The translations under genes were made by a program, and so were the position numbers. The notes below the pieces were generated by a model that had not been told where the DNA came from, ran no database searches, and saw only the letters and a list, made by a program, of their open reading frames with translations. From contig JAEAOA010000900.1 in assembly GCA_016746295.1 (NCBI GenBank), forward strand, positions 2,490,807-2,554,806: a stretch of DNA of 64,000 nt, read 5' to 3'. Below, in pieces: positions 1 through 14,139 of this stretch. The number at the start of each line of letters is the position of its first letter. The stretch's first letter is position 1. Source of the stretch: Potamilus streckersoni (lineage: Eukaryota).

Positions 1-40
1 AAAGCTACACAAAAGGATAAACCTTCATAGATCTGATTGG

Positions 41-232
41 ATGACAAAAAAGCTGTACAGAAGCCCGGTCGCAGAACACTTCTCCTCCCCTGGCCACACT
101 TGCAGTGATATAATACTTATCGCTATTGCTAACAACCACAGCTGGAGTTCTGAAACCAGGAAGGAAAAGGAATCATACTGGATACGCCGCCTTAGAACAT
201 TGAAACCAAGCGGTCTAAACCAAGAAGACTAG
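41..232 (+). mobile_element. C-terminal GIY-YIG endonuclease domain fragment of a Penelope-like retroelement, continuing upstream of the window
   Basis: The ORF contains ...EHF..PGH...I.I..I.......R..KE.YWIRRL.TL.P.GLN, the conserved C-terminal half of the GIY-YIG domain (R, E, N catalytic positions) as found 3' of RT in Penelope-like elements. Homology is recalled from memory. Confidence 0.5.
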
Positions 233-715
233 AAAATAAAAACTATGCACTAGTAAAATTTAACATTTTCTAAATCTTCTTATCCTTCAATTTTTCCTAT
301 AAGAATAACCGGTATAGAATCAAATATCCGGGATATAATCTGCGTTACATATGTACAAAAAGTAAAAATAGATGTCGCTATGGCTTGTAGACTTTTAGGG
401 AATTATACAATGTTTTGAGTTTCCGCATCTAGTCTATACAAGCTGGCTGTATTTATAGTTTTAGCACATGTGAAGACAGCCATGTAGAGGTTTACAAACA
501 TGTTTTTGTGTTTATTTGTTTATCGTATATATGTTTTGTATTTGCCTTTGAAAAAGACTCATTAAGAGTCGAAAGTACTTAGGCTAGTTAGTTACTAGTT
601 TCATACTGTTCGTTGTCAGTTTATTGCATCTATTTTAATTAATCCCTGACACACGTGATCCCTTGGTGGATCCAGTACGCTTGAAAGGGTTGTTATTCGC
701 CATATGATTTGTATT

Positions 716-718
<3 letters not shown>

Positions 719-778
<60 letters not shown>
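719..778. repeat. (TA)n microsatellite, about 30 units
   Basis: Perfect TA dinucleotide run, read directly. The overlapping 635-865 minus ORF is a microsatellite artefact. Confidence 0.97.
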
Positions 779-781
<3 letters not shown>

Positions 782-3700
782 ATTCACATGTTTAGGATCA
801 AAGCTAATAAAACAGATCAATATTATTAAATCAACTGGTTGATGTCGTGGTTCTGTCACATACACAGAGGATCATATCACTGCTTACAATTTAGCTGGCC
901 ATGATCGTACCTGCTTAATATGCAGTGAAATCCCACTGAATGGAATACTATCCTCTTGTTGGTTAAAAGAAAATGACATCCTACATTTGCTTATAACTTA
1001 TTTTAAGTTGGGGAATGAGAAGGGATTATTCCATTCCGGGTATTGTTCTTGCATTTTAACCAGGTGAGATCATGGCTTTGTCAAATAGTAGTATGGAAAA
1101 ATGTTCTGGCATTCCTGAATGGTATGGCAATAAGCCAAACTTCAGATATGCACACAAAGTTGAAAGCCTGAGCTAATCAGTACCAAATTTATTACACTAT
1201 GTGAAATATAACTTGAAATATTGGCCTTTGTTCTTAAATAGGTGGCGAGAGAAGTGTCCTCCCTTGTAGTTATTATATAGTACATGTAAGACAGGTAAAT
1301 TGTAAGCAATGATACGATACCCTCTGGTCTCATGCACATGACTGCCTTTGTAATGATGTGAGTATGAATACATTAGACTGAAATGAGAATTAACTTTTAG
1401 CACATGTAAGGCTACTGGTACAAACAAAAAATCTACAAAGAAAATGAATTACATGAAGAAATACGTCTTTTTACGTTCTGTTTACAATAGTCCAAGGTCA
1501 AGGTCACGTGATGGAACCCAGTATAATCCTATCCAAATCGAGAACTTGTCTCTAGTCACCAGCACTATAAAAACAAATTCCATAGCATTCTTATTTGTAC
1601 AATGTTTGATTTTGCGCCTATATGTAAAGAACCACGATACTCATTTTATAAACCCGGCTTCGACACAAATGCTCGGAAAATAGTGTGCAAATAAATTATT
1701 TCAGAACATAAAACTATAACATAAATCAATGAAGAATAAATTTTCTTGCACATAAAACAGATTTAAGTAAAAAACAATATTTAAAAAAAATCTTGATTTA
1801 TCAAAATCTCATGCCCAAGGCGATGTCGCAAGTTTACATTTTGAACCTGTCACCGGAGGTCAAGACAAATAAAATACGGGTTTTTTTTAAACGATCGATG
1901 ATGTACCCAGGTAAAATATCTTTAAACAGATTACATGAAATTCAATGGTACTCAAATTTTGATTTTTGGCTAAGGTAATGCGGAAGACAAACCTGTACAG
2001 TACATCCCACTCCGATGGATGTCAAAACTACGAAGTTATTGGTTACCAAATCTTACAAAGCTGCAATGGATTCCTCTGCTCTCTGTTTGCATTCTTCGTT
2101 CGAATGCACCACACACAGGAATCCCTCTCATGTACACTGCATTTCAGTCGAAAGTGTGGTTCTAATTTAGTATTATTTAACGAAAAACACAGTATACATA
2201 CAACACGCAATCCTCCCAAGAGGCAGCGCTAACTATTTGTAAATCGCCGGATATACAGAATCTAAAAAATACTAACCCTCAATAAATCAGTAATTAATTA
2301 TTGATTATGTTAACATTTTTGAAGACAAAAACATTCAGCGATAAAACAGTGTATATTAAATTTAAAAAAAATAATAAATGAGATTGTAGTTATTTTATTA
2401 AATTTTTAATTAATAGCGCATTAATAATCTCTACAGCAAATTTTGCTATCCCAAACAGAAGAGAACTACTTTCAATCTAAGCAGACGCAAGGTGGCAACC
2501 GCCTGTCTGGGCGGGAAATATAAAGGAAACGTTATGCAAAAGCAAAAGTGGCGTATTTATTCTCTCTACCTTACACTAAAAAGCAAATAAACAATTTGTA
2601 CAGATAATTAAACAGAATTTTCTGGAGGTTTAGTTTCAAAATAAAATGGCAAAAAGGAAAGATCTATAAATATTATAAAACCTCAACAAACACGATTCAG
2701 GGGGGACATCTTGTCAGGGCCTGTGAAAGGATTTGTAGACCCTATGAAACATTTTTCAGTAGACCTGTATGAACTAAACAAAAAATTTAAATATTTTCTT
2801 AGGTGTGGAGCCACCAGACCGTTGTTGACCCGTGAAATTTCGTCCTAGCTGTTTTACCCTGTCCAACGGTCCCGCATCATGTTAATTATATGACATCCTA
2901 ATTGCTCAGTTTTAAAATACCACCTACAAAAATATTAGGTCACAAAAAAAATAACTTACTTGAACTTAGACCGCCTTATAATTGTCAAATGTTTTCCTTT
3001 AAAAAAATAACAACAAAAAGGAAACCTAAAATAATGAAGATATTATGATAATATTTTACGATTGGAAGATCTTAAAAAGGAGGAAGAATTGGAAAAGGAC
3101 ATTATTTTATTGTCTTTAATCCATTTTCAGTAGCTACGGTTCCGATATGATAACCCCGAAGCGAAGATATCCTCAACGTTGCACTGAGAGTGACGAGTGT
3201 ATAGAAGTTGATGTATACGTTTCTTGTTGTAATTGGTTAAAGATTGACAGACACCTGTTTTAATCTATTAAACATGTACACTCACCACTATGATCCAGGG
3301 ACGCCCGCAGAATTATTTTCAGGGGAGGGGGGAGAGACGGAGACATGTACTTACCAGCTATTCAAGTTTACGAATATGGACCAAAGTATGTTTAGCGTTA
3401 AAATCCGGGGCGGGGCGTCATTTTTTAAAAAAGATTGGTTAACAAATTCGGTGTCGTTGTCTGTGTGCTACAACAGTGGGTGTCGACCACTTCATTTTTA
3501 GACGATTTTTGAAGGTCGCTCTAACTCTGAACTTGTTTTAGATGATACGGGAACTACCAAGATCGATTTTTTTAAAGAACATATTATTGACACAAAACAA
3601 ATATTTGTAACCTCGATTGAAGGATAGTAAACAAGAGACGTTTGTTAAATTAACTTGTTATTGATGATTGGTATCTACACCTTGAAACTTCTTAAAAATG

Positions 3701-6700
3701 TTCACAGAAAGATTTTGAGCAAAGTGTACGTCACTTGTTCTGTAACCATTGTTGTATATTTTGCAAAACGTTGATGTTTTGAGTTTGGATTTGTCTGCAC
3801 GGTACAATGTCGATTTACTCAGTAGTCATCTGTATGAACCAGCCAAAAGTGTTTCATTTCCTTGCTGCTCAATATCTCAGCCACATTTCTATCTTCTTAT
3901 GTTCTTATGATATTTTGGATTACGATACTTAACGTGTCCGACAGGCTGTAGAAGTAGGAAAGGAATTTTCCTCAGAAATGATATGTTGTTTTGACACAAT
4001 CACTTGCCCCATTTCACTTCTGTCTTCTCTTATTTCTTTTTTCTTCTGATGAAGAGTATGTCGACGCCATCTTTGTAACCCAGACTTTCATTTCTTTTTG
4101 CTTCTGAGATGAAAAAAGTGTTTGAGCAAAGTAAGTTTAAACACTTCAGTTATATCTTTCTCTTCCGACGTATGGCTGTGCCCGTCATCATCTTTGGACA
4201 TGCTGCTACTTTTTTTTTGCCTTCGCTTTTGATCACATTCTTGCTTGAAATCTCTCGGAGTAGGTTTAGCTCTCTCGTCTAAAGCTTTGGTGTGCAACAT
4301 TTTAAAATACGGTATTATTTATGTACCTGAAGCACTTGGTCCAGCAATTAACATGTTAAAATTACTATTGTGATTGTGATGGGTTTTGAGAGAATATACC
4401 ACAAAAACAAAAATGAACTGACCTCGATGTATATTTTAGTACTGAGATGATATTTTAAAGAACGACAATACACATTTTACTGATGGGATTTGTTCTTTTT
4501 TCTTTGTTTTTCTTTAAATTTTAATATGTTATTTAGTATGCCTTTTCAGAAAGATCTGGGTGATCATGAAAAAAACCGTCGCGTTTTGTATAAAAACATC
4601 TGGACTTAGTTATATCAGCTGTAACTGCCTACAACCTTTTTAAGCGTCCCAAAAAAGTTGCATACATTTCTCTCAGGTGTTTTAACTCTGTGCGAATATC
4701 ATGTAATAAACTCAGAGTATTGTTTTCACTTCACTCGTTCTGTTCATGATCCGAAGTTTCATCTCCTCTTGATTTTTTTTTATCACTTCTTATTTGTATT
4801 GTTGATTTAAAACAGATGTCAGTTCTTTTGTGGCATTGTCATAAAACAAGCTCATCTTCCTTCTCCTGTTTTATTCATCATTATCTGGTAATGATGGAGA
4901 AGGAGATGAATATGGTATCATCAAAACTTCGCGAAGATAAGAAACAGCAAAAAAAAAACAACAAACAAACAAATTGCCCAAAATTTCAAATTCAAGTCTT
5001 TTCCGCTGAAATGAAAATGGCTACAGCAGCCGTAACCGTACATTCTATTCAAGTATAAAAAGTATCTACTGCAGTTGCACAACAATAAGCTGTCTTTGTT
5101 TCAATCATGCTAAACTGTAAATCATAGAAATGCTCATGGGTATTTATACCGAAAGTAACACTATGCATCAGCTGTATTCTGATAGAAAGATTAAATATGC
5201 CCTGACTGAGTTATGTCACAAATTTCTGATGGATGGAACAAGAAAGTTTTGATTCGTCCGTAGACTGTTTATGGATGCGGATTTGCCTCTCTTGTCATTT
5301 TATTGCTACTTCAAAAATAGGTATATACCAAAGAAAGAAGTCGAGTTATGTTGTGGAGTAGATTGGTCGAGTGGCAGAGTATGAGAATGGTCTGAATATG
5401 AATAAAATGAGTGACTCTTGCCAGTCAATGTACACATTTTCTATTACAGGCACTATAAATGTAGCTACTTATAATATGTGCACATATGCAGCCAGACTAT
5501 AAATCGAGGATGTAACAATCTGCATCGATATTTAGCATAATCTGACTGGAGTAGATAGAGAAATCACAGAAAAATCCTCCATGCTGATCAGTTGTGTTTC
5601 CCTCTCCCCCTCCCTCCGCCCCATTGGAGGCAGGGTACAGTTTCGTATTTTGGCCCCTGTAAATTTCTTAACTTAAGGCTATGGTGTGACTTTTTCAGCA
5701 ATTATTGTCTACTAATTAAATATATGGATATATTTGTGAGCTAGGTGTTTCGGGCTTGTGTTGTTCTTGAAATTGATGTCAGGCATGTACACCTTCCATA
5801 GATACTCTTCAATATGTTGATAGTGAAATACCAATAGTTGTCTACGAAGAAGAGCTAGCCTCTCGTAACAGTAAACATGTGGGTTTGGGACAAGGAGCAT
5901 ATCTCAAAAACGGCTTGGATGACAACTATTTTCAACTGCATCAGCCTGTTTAGTACACACTGTTTGGCAGAATTGTAATCTAGGAAAAGGGCTTGTGTTT
6001 GCACTGTGAGTACCACATGTTGTCAAAAATGACCTTCGGACATGGAAATTGCAGGTATAAATTTGGGGTTGGGGTGCATAAACTTCTTCTGCTATGAACT
6101 GCCACTGACTTCTCTGGTCAAGTGGATAATATTTTTATGCTTTGTTTTAATATAGGTATCTCAAAATATGGGCATTCTTGACCTCACTTGTGTATTTGAT
6201 TTTTTTATGATTTTTTGTACTAGGTCACTGATTGCGGCATTAAATTTGTACATAAATACTGGCCCCTGCCCCCCATTACGCATTGCAACTTGAGTGCTGG
6301 TTTTCCAATGTTCTTTGCCTAAACGACACTTGAAATGTGTAGCGTGATGAGGCCAGTCAAGTGTATTGATCAAGGACAACAATTTTAACAGACCTACTCA
6401 AACCTGGAATCTATTCCAAGTCCCTCTCGTCTTGAGTCTGACATGTTAACCGATCTAATTCTTTACCTAGACTCGAGAATTTTAATTCTCATAATAATCA
6501 TGTAAGGATTTCAATCTGTGATGTTTTCAGCCAAAGAACACAAAATTAAGAGAGGTTAAACAACAAGAAAACGCATTGCATTAATTATTTTTGTTCTTGT
6601 ACTAATTTGCATATTAATTATACATCACCTGGCATTCTGAAATCCTGAACATTACTGGTCTGCGCCAATTACTTATGCGGCTTTTTTGATTGACATTTTA

Positions 6701-7499
6701 GCATAACACACAGACTCGGATTCCTTAGAAATTAGGGCACAAGAAACAATGGAAATACACAATTTTAGAGTTAGCAAAAATTATGCTCACATCAGTATTA
6801 CTAAATGTTGACAAATCAGGTAAACATAAGGATGCATCTGCCGTCAATATCACTGAATATCCATTAATCATAATTATGCTGTATGTATCTGTGTAAATTA
6901 TTCCTCCTTTCACATAAAAGATGTAATATAATATTGTATCAATCAAGAAAAGGGAATATAAATGAAAATTCAGCTGATAAAAAACCCTTTAGGAAAATCA
7001 CCAAGATATTGAGCTAAATATAGGATTGGTATTATACACATGGCACTAGTTGTACGGGTCACTTGATGGAACGTACGGGAAATCTTTTGTTAAATTGAAT
7101 AATAGGTTTAGCATGAGTTGTATTATGTGGACAAAAGTGTTTAATGTGACAGAAGTCACACTACCATACAGTCTCACACATAAAAGCACAAGAGAAGGGG
7201 AAGGGGTTTTAAGTTTTACTTTTTGTTCTGGGGAAAGACAGACAGAAACATACATGCATTAGAAGTGTTTTGGCAAATGTTATGTGACGAAATGAAAATT
7301 AATTCCAGGTAAATTTACATATTTACATATTCTTTTATGTATAGATCTGGGTTGCCTTGAAAATAGCCGCATGGGATTGTTACCCAAAGCAGATTAAGAT
7401 AAATGTAACCGCTTCAGTGATCTTTATCATGTATTAAATTAATCCGAATTTCTCTGAACCTTCCCTACCCAGTTTTTAATATATGGCCATTTGTGTTGA

Positions 7500-8040
7500 G
7501 CTGTAAGGTCGTAACTGCATGGTGGCGGCATAGGGGAGAATCTTACCAGTGGGACTAGCAAACTTAAATGTTTTTGTATCGAGCCATACGTGAAAGAAAT
7601 TGATAGGAAAATGTTTTATGTTTTATTTCCTCATTAAATCCGAGTATTATAAGCGTTATATCTTTAATCCGGAGACAGACGAGACGAAAGTACAGAGTGG
7701 ATGAAATTTTACCTGGAACTCGTCATTTTCATTTTGTCACATAGCAACACATTTCTCGCAGCCTAAACATGAATGACGTAGTCACGTTATACAACAAAAA
7801 CCATTGTTGACACGTGCTCTGTTCTGGATGAATATGACTTTCTTGAAGTTCCTGCGACAGCAACAGATTTGTTATTTTTTTAAAAAATAAATATGTTGAG
7901 AATGGTGTCCTTTCGTTCTTGTGTAAGAATGATAAAACTTTCTTTTGATATTGTTACATTTCTGTATAACAAGATTGAAAAGTCATTTATTGTTGATATC
8001 ACGTGACTATTGGACCTTTGATATCGTGGACACATTGGTT
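7500..8040 (+). repeat. Truncated second copy of the foldback-element family seen at 12610-13810 (left arm plus start of right arm)
   Basis: 7558-7800 aligns by eye to 12775-13020 (gcaaacttaaatg...aatccg..gacagacgagacg...tcattttcat...ctcgcagcc...). 7960-8030 (atcacgtgactatt) resembles the inner end of the right arm at 13408-13450. Confidence 0.55.
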
Positions 8041-11000
8041 GCGAAAAAAGAACAAAAAGAAACATGGATTTTTAGCACTTTTGACTTTAAATGAACACCA
8101 GAGACATCCTTAATTTTTGCATAGCTCATACTTATAATTCACATATTTAAAAGCCTATTTTTATTTTCACTACACAAACAAAAGTAAGATTCAAGAATGT
8201 GAGATAAAAAATCTTTCGGGTTTGCGGAAATGGATTTTAGACCCCACTTGGACTGAAAAGGACATCTAGCGTTACAGAGACTGCCATCGATATGCTACAG
8301 TCATGTCTTACAATTTATCGGGATAAAATGGACAATTTCGTTGAGAAAATTTTTAAGAACAAAGTACTGAATGCCCTGCAATCTCCAAAAATGAAGCCAA
8401 ACTATTCGACACGGAAGTGGGACAATTACAGTTTACAGATTTATTGAGCCATTTAGCCATGCCTTTTCAGTAGAATGCCTAAGACGTTTAGAAGGACAGA
8501 AATGGCCAAAGGTTATTTTCCGCTTTCTCAAAATTGAAACTAATCAACACGTTGTACTCCCCCATGTGCAGGAAGTTCGCCACCCTCATGGTATGCACAA
8601 AGAACAATTAGAAGTATTTTATGCTATGTACTAACTTCACTCTCCAAACTTGAACAGAAATGACGAAATGTTGCAGATCCAATGTTGGAATTTCCCACAA
8701 TTATTTCTGGAACACAGGAGGTATCCATCCTTTGAAAGAAGCCTCTACCATCGCCAAAGCGTGTCGATTAGCATATCGAAAGAAGTTCATGCATAAGAAC
8801 AAACTATCCTTTATGCCAACTCAACTATATCTCTCAGCTGTTGATACATACTCCGCGAAAATTTTCCACTGGCTTCATTACTTATTTGAAAGTGAAGACA
8901 AATAGACACAACACGCAGAAATAGCAGAGAAACGAAAATTGGAAGTCTTTTTGTGGATGGTTGGGATTTAGATAATCCTAAGCAGGTGTACGAATTTCAT
9001 AGATGTTTATTTCACGGACACAATATTTGTCCTCAATGAAACCTGAAAAGCCCTTTCTAACAGTTTGCCATGGACGAGTTGCAAGATTAACATACCAACG
9101 ACACCGGAGGTTAGAATGTCAAGGTTACCAAGTGATGGAAAGGGAGGAGCATGAATATGGTGAACGTTTCAGAACTGATGCAGACTTTAAATCCATTTCC
9201 AAATGTGGTAGATATCGTACCTTTGAATCTACGTGAAAGTTCATTTGGAAGACAAAGCAACGTGACACACTTGCTGTGTGTTCCTTGGATCCTTGGGCTA
9301 CCCTGAAATATTGACAGAACACACAACGACTTGAAACAGTTATCAATACGAATGGTTTATCCAATGCAAAATGTTATCTCCACCCGACTCGTACCATCCT
9401 GTCTTAGTCATTGCCAAACAAAACTGAAGTTTCCTTTTTGCTGCATGTGTGCTGAAAAATTAAATCAAGACCAACTTTGCTGAGCAAGAATAAAGAATAT
9501 GCTTTGATTGGAACATAGGCGAGTGTCGAATTGTTTCATGGTCTGAATTGTGAATACCGCTTGTTAAAAGTATATGCCATTTTGGCACTTTTCTATCATT
9601 AAAAAAAACATACCGAAAGAACGACGAGTCCAATGAAAGTTTTTTTTTCTTTTTCTGGCTACGTCAAAACATTTATAATTTTAGACAAAACAGCTCGTAG
9701 TGTTAGGTATATCCTTTTTTTGTAAATTTTGTTAATGACTGTAAACTGAAGTGATTATCTATATCTAATTTTTGTACATGGGTATAAATTCTTGTTTAAG
9801 ATATAAAGAGTGATGAAGATTTAAAAGGCTCTTTAAATAGATGTGATGATGTTTATAATAATACAACCCATTTACAATTTTATGGTTATTAACCATCGGA
9901 TAAGTCGGCTGGGTAGGTTCTTAGAAGAATTATTTTCTATTGGATAGGTTAGGTCTGGTAGATTCTTTTATGATGTGGGATATTTGCAAAATGTCATGTA
10001 GGTAGTAGAAAATATGGTTTAGCGCTCTATAAGGAGAGGACTGAGCGACTAATTTCATTCCAATTTTGGATGCTTATTTCCTATGTTCTTATTGTATCAC
10101 AAGTCTACAGATGTGTGTAATGTTGTGTTCAGATATAATTTGGTTTGAGAAGAAATGTTTGTTTGGACTATTCACTGGAATCATAAAGTGCTTATTGGAC
10201 TCAAACATTACAGTATTATAATTATTCAAAGGAGTTCTGGACAATGTTTTTTTGATACATCAAGACTGCTGGCAGACCAGAACATTTGAGGATCTGGAAC
10301 TCATTTGGAGCATTCATTTGTTTAGGACTTGTTATATTACTTTTTGAATTATTTTGGATTTAATTCATAACACTTTAAGTTCCTTTTAAGCTTTCATTTT
10401 ATACCTTTCATAATCAAATTAATAAAGTTTTACAAAACTTGTTGGTTTTGCTTCTTTCTATTACTAAGTTAAGATCAGAAAATCATAACAGTGGCTATCC
10501 ATCTTCGTGTTAGACTCCAGAAGACAAAGAGACTTTCAAAGAAGAGTACTGATACTAAGAGGGTTCACTTTGGAAGACATGGAAATTAATTAACACGTTC
10601 ATCGGCAAAAATTGTTGATTTTTTTTGGTGAGGAAAACTGGCATAATTACTTAAGAAGAAAAGCTTAGCAGATCCAAGCTGCTACTTAACTGTGGACTAC
10701 AAAGGAAAACTCATGAAGTGTAGAAATCCTCTGTGAAGATTACTACTGGATATGTCTAGAAATTGATGTTGGAAGCTGATCTTGGCTTATTAGGCAACTC
10801 ACAGTTCGATACATATAGCAATGGCTGTAAATTCAAGGCTACAACGGATTTTCTAATTCCCTAAACACTTAATGCAAAACATGAGCCATCAGGACTTATT
10901 CATAATAAAACTATAATGTATAATTTATGAAAAAAAAAGAATTGTAAGTCAGCAGCAGCTGACAAAATAGCCCCAAATTCTGTTATTAGTCAACATTGTA

Positions 11001-11099
11001 AACAATGCTGAACAATTCTAGAAACAATATATAAATGACCCACATTTGTCTTTTAACACTTGTCCCGAAATACATTCACCTTTAAAGTTTCCTTAGCAA

Positions 11100-12050
11100 T
11101 AGGTGAATTGTTGATCGAATCATGGCGTCAAACACGACTTTTAAGCAATGCTGAAAATAGCCCCTTCGCCATCTTAAAATGAAGGTATAATGAATACTTT
11201 GTCACGATCGCTGAGTCTAGGTTATCCGGAAATGTATAAACCTGGGTATTAATACCGCATTTGATGTGTAAACATCACCACAGGTAATCGATTAATCGAT
11301 TATGCAAGTTGCCAGCCACTCAGAGGTGAAGTGTTAAAACTCGCGCATGAAAGTCTCATGGGAGGACACATGAGAAATTGCCAAGACACGTGATCATCTT
11401 GTCAAGGAATTTTACTGGCTAGGGGTCCAGGGAGATGTTAAGAGGTTCTGTCTATCCTGTGACAATTTTCAGTGAATGGCACCTAAAATGGATCATTGAC
11501 CAGTCCTCTTGTGGAGTACACCCATTATCGATTATTCATTTCGATGCGTCGCGATGGATCTGATCGGACCGATAAAACCCGAGTTGTCGCCAAGAAAATC
11601 CGTATATTTTAACGGTCGTAGATTACCCTACACGCTATCCGGAGGCCATCGCGTTCCGTAATATTGATTCGGAAACTGTCGCTAAGGTGCTGCTTAGAAT
11701 TTGGTCAAGAGTTAGAGTGCCCGACGAGAACCTGACCAATCAAGGGACACAATTCATGAGTCGCGTGATGGGTGAGATGAACCAACTGATGTCAATTAAG
11801 CACCTCACGACTAAACCATATTACTCTCAATGTAACAGACTAGTCTAGCGGTTTATGGGACTCTGAAAACACACTTAAGAAGATGTATGAAGGCCGTCCC
11901 AAAGACTGTGATTGGTACATTCCTGCCATGATGTTCGCATATCGGGAAGTACCACAAGCGAGTTTAAGGTTTTCTACCTTTTAACTCCTGTATGGAATCA
12001 GTACACAATTAATAATATCCGGTTCAGTACCCACGAATGTAGTCCCAGTC
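11100..12050 (+). mobile_element. Decayed Ty3/gypsy-like pol fragment: RNase H end, integrase HHCC zinc finger and integrase catalytic core, with stops and frameshifts
   Basis: Translation from about 11290 gives H..(K)C..LAHESLMGGHMRNCQDT...C..C (HHCC zinc-finger layout). From about 11560 it gives DLIGP, then G.QFMSRVM.EMNQLMSIKHLTTKPYYSQCN.LV.RFMGTLK..L...VP...DW..P.MMFAYREVPQASL.FS.F (the integrase D,D35E core). There are multiple in-frame stops, so it is a pseudogene. Confidence 0.7.
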
Positions 12051-12609
12051 TATTTTTAGATCACTTTTTCCTGTCAAAGTTTGGTGGTGATACTAGAGTC
12101 AGATTTTGGCACTCTTGGTAAGGATTTAAAGGCAATTGTTTATTCTTTAAAATGTGAGCTTATGGTGTGGTTGTCTGTGTGTATTTCGGCGACAGTGCAC
12201 ATTGAGTAATAAGGTCATGGTGATGATCCGGAAGTGAAATCTGTGTTCCGTTGCCTGGTGTTTTGTTTACAATTCAGCCTCTCAAAAAAATGCAGGTCAA
12301 CCCTTGACAAGAACTAAACCGTAAAGTCATCTTTGAAGGTATTTTAGATTAACATATGATTTGTATTGATTGTCACACAGTGGAAAGTTCAGTACTGAGA
12401 AACAAATGTAGAGAAAAGATAGTGAAATTAATTGTGTACTATGGCCGTATAGGATGACCGTATGTGGTCCGATTGCTGTACTGAGACAGCTGTGGACGGA
12501 TGAACACGCTGCCGAAGAAGTGCGTACACGTACCAGTACGTTGCGGATTTGAGAAACAAACTGGAAGAAGTTTGTACCATCGCGCAGGAGAACCTCAAGC
12601 GAGTGAAGT

Positions 12610-13810
12610 CGCATCAGTTAGGCTAGTCCGAGTTTCCTCTGACCCTTGACACCTCATTTTTGATATTTGGTTTTTTATGTTGGGGTGTAGGGTCAGAGTC
12701 TATTCCCTATCAAAAACTTGGAATTTGCGGACACCACTTGGTGTCGGCATAGGGTACTCGCCAACTAGCAGGCCTAGCAAACTTAAATGACCTTACATTG
12801 ACCCATAATTACATTAAAACGATAGGGAAATAATTTATCTTCTCCGAAATTACAAGCATAACACTATTTTGTCTTTAATCCGTTGTCAGACGAGACGTAA
12901 CTATGGCGTTGATGAATTTTGACCTCGTTCGCACCATTTTCATTGCTAGTCACATGACTAACCAAATCTCGCAGCCGATATGCATAAACGTCATAGGTCA
13001 AATAGTCACGTGATAACAAAAAAACGCGTTTTCCCATACTCCTTGTGGAAGACGGCAAATGTGTCACCTTTATTGATAACTGATTTTATTACATCATACT
13101 GTAGTTCTTTAATATTAAAATAGTATCCCTTTTCTTAAAGTATCTCATTGGCAAGAGCTTCAGTGTATTCGTCTTGACCTGCCATGTTGCAATATAGGTT
13201 TATGCACAAAACCTTCCATTCCAGTATTGCAGAAAGAAGACATAACCTCGAAAATATTGAATGAAAGTCACGCAATGTATACAATAATAAGAAAAAAAAA
13301 CATATTATTCAACATATTAATTGGGATATCAGCAGCCCGAAGCATGTCGCTGTCGCATCTTCCTGGAAAGAGGCTGACTGATCACGCAGAAACTACATGT
13401 CAATGCACTTTGTTGTTATCACGTGACTATTTGATGTATGACGTTTATGCACATCGGCTGCGAGATTTAGTTAGTCATGTGACTAGTAATTAAAATGGTG
13501 CGAACGAGGTCAAATTCATCAACGCGGTAGTTACGTCTCGTCTGACAACGGATTAAAAACAAAATCATGTTATGCTTGTAATTTCTGAGAAGATAAATGA
13601 TTTCCCTATCGATTTAATGTAATTATGGGTCAAGGTCATTTAAGTTTTCTAGGCCTTATAGTTGGCGAGTACCCTATGCCGACACCAAATGGTGTCGGCA
13701 AATTCCAAGTTTTTGATAGGGAATAGACTCTGACCCTACACCCCAACATAAAAAACCAGATGTCAAAAATGGGGTGTCAAGGGTCAGAGGAAACTCGGAC
13801 TACAGTTAGG
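12610..13810. mobile_element. Foldback-type element with two ~410-bp inverted arms (12610-13025 and 13405-13810) around a ~380-bp spacer, inserted inside the gypsy-like integrase
   Basis: The reverse complement of 13405-13810 matches 12610-13025 almost base for base (e.g. gggtcagagtctattccctatcaaaaacttggaatttgc, ttgttatcacgtgac). Integrase coding resumes immediately after the right arm at about 13849. Confidence 0.85.
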
Positions 13811-13848
13811 CGAAGTACTACAACAAGCGTGCGAAATCATGCCAGTAC

Positions 13849-14010
13849 AAAGTAGGGGACAAGGTGTTGTTGCTGTTGACCCAAGAATATAACAAACTGC
13901 AAGTTTCTTGGAGGGGACCGTATGTGTAACCGAGAAGGTTGCGAGTCAAACCTATGGGATAAGGCTACCATCTAAGGGAAAGCTGTACCATGCTAATCTC
14001 CTTAAGAAAA
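13849..14010 (+). mobile_element. Integrase C-terminal (SH3/chromo-like) segment of the same gypsy-like element
   Basis: Translation gives GDKVLL...YNKLQVSWRGPYMVTEKVASQTYGIRLPSKGKLYHANLLKK, the typical K...W.GPY.V.....Y.L motif at the integrase C-terminus. Confidence 0.6.
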
Positions 14011-14139
14011 AACTGAGAAAGAGAGACCGCCAGTAATTTTGTCGTCGCCACGATTATCATCAAAGACGCCAATGGCGATATGGAAGGGGCGAACACAGTC
14101 CCGAGCTTTCCATTAACGAAGGCGGAGACATAATCGGAC

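Noticed and set aside
635-865. ORFs with poly-(IY) tracts at 635-865 and 57743-57925, and the poly-N/poly-I ORF at 39151-39342
   Set aside because: These are translations of (TA)n and (AAT)n microsatellites.
4088-4300. 70-aa minus-strand ORF rich in K, R, S, D and E
   Set aside because: It has low-complexity charged composition, no domain, and sits in AT-rich sequence. It is most likely a chance ORF.
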